Positions 62,301-64,000 of a stretch of DNA of 64,000 bases are shown here, one piece after another. The first letter of the stretch is position 1. Each line of letters starts with the position of its first letter. Made by a program: the position numbers and the translations under genes. The DNA comes from Perkinsus olseni (lineage: Eukaryota): positions 62,001-126,000 of the forward strand of contig JABANN010000015.1 of the NCBI GenBank assembly GCA_013115125.1, in the 5' to 3' direction. Below the pieces are notes generated by a model. It saw nothing but the letters and a program-made list of their open reading frames with translations, was not told where the DNA came from and searched no databases.

Positions 62301-62310
62301 TCCGATAAAG
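53346..62310 (+). CDS. Large Cys-rich type-I membrane protein with RCC1-like repeats and EGF domains (many exons; ends approximate, may be more than one gene)
   Basis: Hydrophobic leader IILLFAVFALRLLPSPVGA. RCC1-like VRCWGSNKDG, VKCWGFNNYGQLGLG, CAGSDANGQLG. EGF-like CHYGQCVCHRGFEGSDC and CECTDGYSGAWC. TM LLPILACAVSGFVLVVAVGGIWLW-KR (~61160-61240). Confidence 0.75.
54501..54572 (-). tRNA. tRNA-Gln(CTG), second copy
   Basis: GGTTTTATGGTGTAACGGTTAGCACTTCAGACTCTGAATCTGGCGATCTGGGTTCAAATCCCGGTAGAACCT. Full cloverleaf. Confidence 0.95.
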
Positions 62311-62649
62311 AATGACCCTCGTACAGTTGCTTGCTCGTTCCTCTCGGCTTTGGCCACGATTGTTCATGTCATATTTGCATGTTAGCGGCTTCCCGCGTTC
62401 TTGTCGCCCTAATGGCTCCAAATAAGAGTTTTGTTCTCTCTATCGGGAGTGGAGAGAAAAGACTCAGCAAATGGACGCGAATTAACGAAGAATTGAGGAT
62501 AGCCTGGTCTCCGTTGCGATGTTACCTTCCGCGTCCTCACAACGCCTGGAATCAAGCTCGACGTTCACCAGGGACGAAGAGATTGCCAATCTTGTCCGAA
62601 CGTAACAGCCTCACCGCGCCATAAGCCACGATTCTGTTGGGTGTTGTAG

Positions 62650-63660
62650 CTACCAAGAACAACTCGCGGAGATCGCCGCGGCCAACAGTACACTCGTTGA
62701 TGATAAGGAAAGACTGGCTATACTGCTCGAGCCGTACATGGACGCTGAGGGCCGAATGAGGGTGGGGAGATGCTCACCTGCGTCCTTGTGTGTATCGAAG
62801 CGATGCAGTTACCAGATGGAGCGTCGAGTATTGACCCCAACATAAGGATTCTCAAGGAGGGCCTCGACCTCCGCCTTCAAGAGTTCTGGGACAGTTTCCA
62901 ACGGCTACAGCAGATCGAAAGGTACAGGGCTTGTCGCTACTGGAGATCCGAGCATCGTTTCCCAGGCGGCTTTCGCGGAAGATAGACGAAACGGCGATGG
63001 AGTATCAGCACGCCATTTCTGACGTGTCCGGGCTTTGCGACAAAAGGGTGAGGTCTTTGCATCGGTCACTCGTCCAAGTTCTCTATGTATTCAGATATTG
63101 AAGCGCCTTCGAGAGCAGCAACGCCAAATAACCTTACAACAAGTTGAAAACGATCAGCTGCGCTTCGAGAGGGACACGTTGTACGACCGGCTAGCGTACA
63201 GAAGTGCCGCTCGAGGTGGTCTTTTCGCAGGAACTACGAGCTCCAACGTCTGCGGCAAATCCTACTGCGAGATCCCAACTTCAACGGTTCCCTCGATAAC
63301 GCCACACTATTCGAAGACCACAGTCGAGCGGTAAGGCAATATGCCTTTGGGACCCCCAGTGCAGCGCTCTCTCGCACGGTGAGGCTCATCACGCCAGGTT
63401 CGTGAGCAGCATCAGGATCTCAGAGACCAAATGAGGTCGCAGATGCCAGCTACGTTTCGTGAAAACGTGGAACGCGAGGGAGATGAGGTGAGCCTTAAAC
63501 AGCAACTGCTGCCTTGAGCATGTCATTCCGTCAGGCAGCGGGCGGTACTTCTGCCCAAGCGGTGACGAGCCCTTCTGCAGACTTGACGACAGTTATTCAG
63601 CCTGAGGGGGAGCTTCAAGGTCACTCGTCGTTTGAAACAATCATGAGCTACATAGGACTG
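62650..63660 (+). CDS. Hypothetical coiled-coil exons (separate gene or tail of the previous gene)
   Basis: YQEQLAEIAAANSTL.., ILKRLREQQRQITLQQVENDQLRFERDTLYDRL. Confidence 0.45.
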
Positions 63661-63737
63661 GGCAGCGGAGGTGAGTTATAAGTCCCTCGGAGATGCATGA
63701 GCGGACACTCAACGTTCAGGTGCGCCAGCCGCGCCCG

Positions 63738-64000
63738 TCAGACGCGTCTCGCAATTTCTGTGACGCAGGTCTCGCGCACGCATATGCGTCTTAGCATGAA
63801 CGGCTGTAGTATTTTACTAGCATCACGAGTGTCCCGCGTTGTAAAGAGTAGATGCAACACCGACAAGAGTAGCGAGTCGATCGATACACTTAACGGCGCA
63901 GCATCGTCGTATAGACTTAAAGGGCCTGAGCTACTCAATCCGACAAGAATAGCAGTCTTTGAGGGTGCAAACCGCCCGACCCTGAGTTGATTCACTAACA
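63738..64000 (-). CDS. Possible 3' end of a gene running off the window
   Basis: Open minus-strand frame 63995-63738 only. Confidence 0.25.
   Translation of the reverse strand, partial: LVNQLRVGRFAPSKTAILVGLSSSGPLSLYDDAAPLSVSIDSLLLSVLHLLFTTRDTRDASKILQPFMLRRICVRETCVTEIARRV

Noticed and set aside
1-64000. Most short ORFs in the six-frame track; spliced-leader relics; transposase or RT genes
   Set aside because: The short ORFs are antisense shadows or exon-plus-intron read-throughs. No SL (CCGTAGCCAT..GGCTCAAG) or RT/transposase motif was spotted by eye.

Overview
Gene-dense, intron-rich eukaryotic nuclear DNA with many ~40-60 nt GT-AG introns. Gene style and sequences suggest an alveolate, most likely Perkinsus (inference). 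No CRISPR array, rRNA gene or intact transposon was seen. Recognisable spliced genes: a DEAD-box helicase, a Deltex-like WWE-WWE-RING-DTC E3 ligase, PET117, SNF7/VPS32, SmF, two tandem 6TM K+ channels with EF-hands, Tctex-1, U2AF35, two tandem PB1/ZZ proteins, a DeSI/PPPDE peptidase, UBA52 (Ub-L40), and a large RCC1-repeat/EGF type-I membrane protein. There are also two tRNA-Gln(CTG) genes. Most notable: (1) a p62/NBR1-like gene pair built from a repeated, unnamed helical domain coupled to ZZ fingers; (2) an intronless secreted ABAB-repeat protein with a bipartite-NLS-like motif; (3) an animal DTX1-type architecture with a degenerate ADP-ribose pocket; (4) K+ channels lacking outer S4 charges but carrying EF-hands; (5) an LSU-rRNA-like 18-mer shared by two unrelated introns, plus scattered tRNA relics. 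All exon structures were read by eye, and gene ends are approximate where stated.
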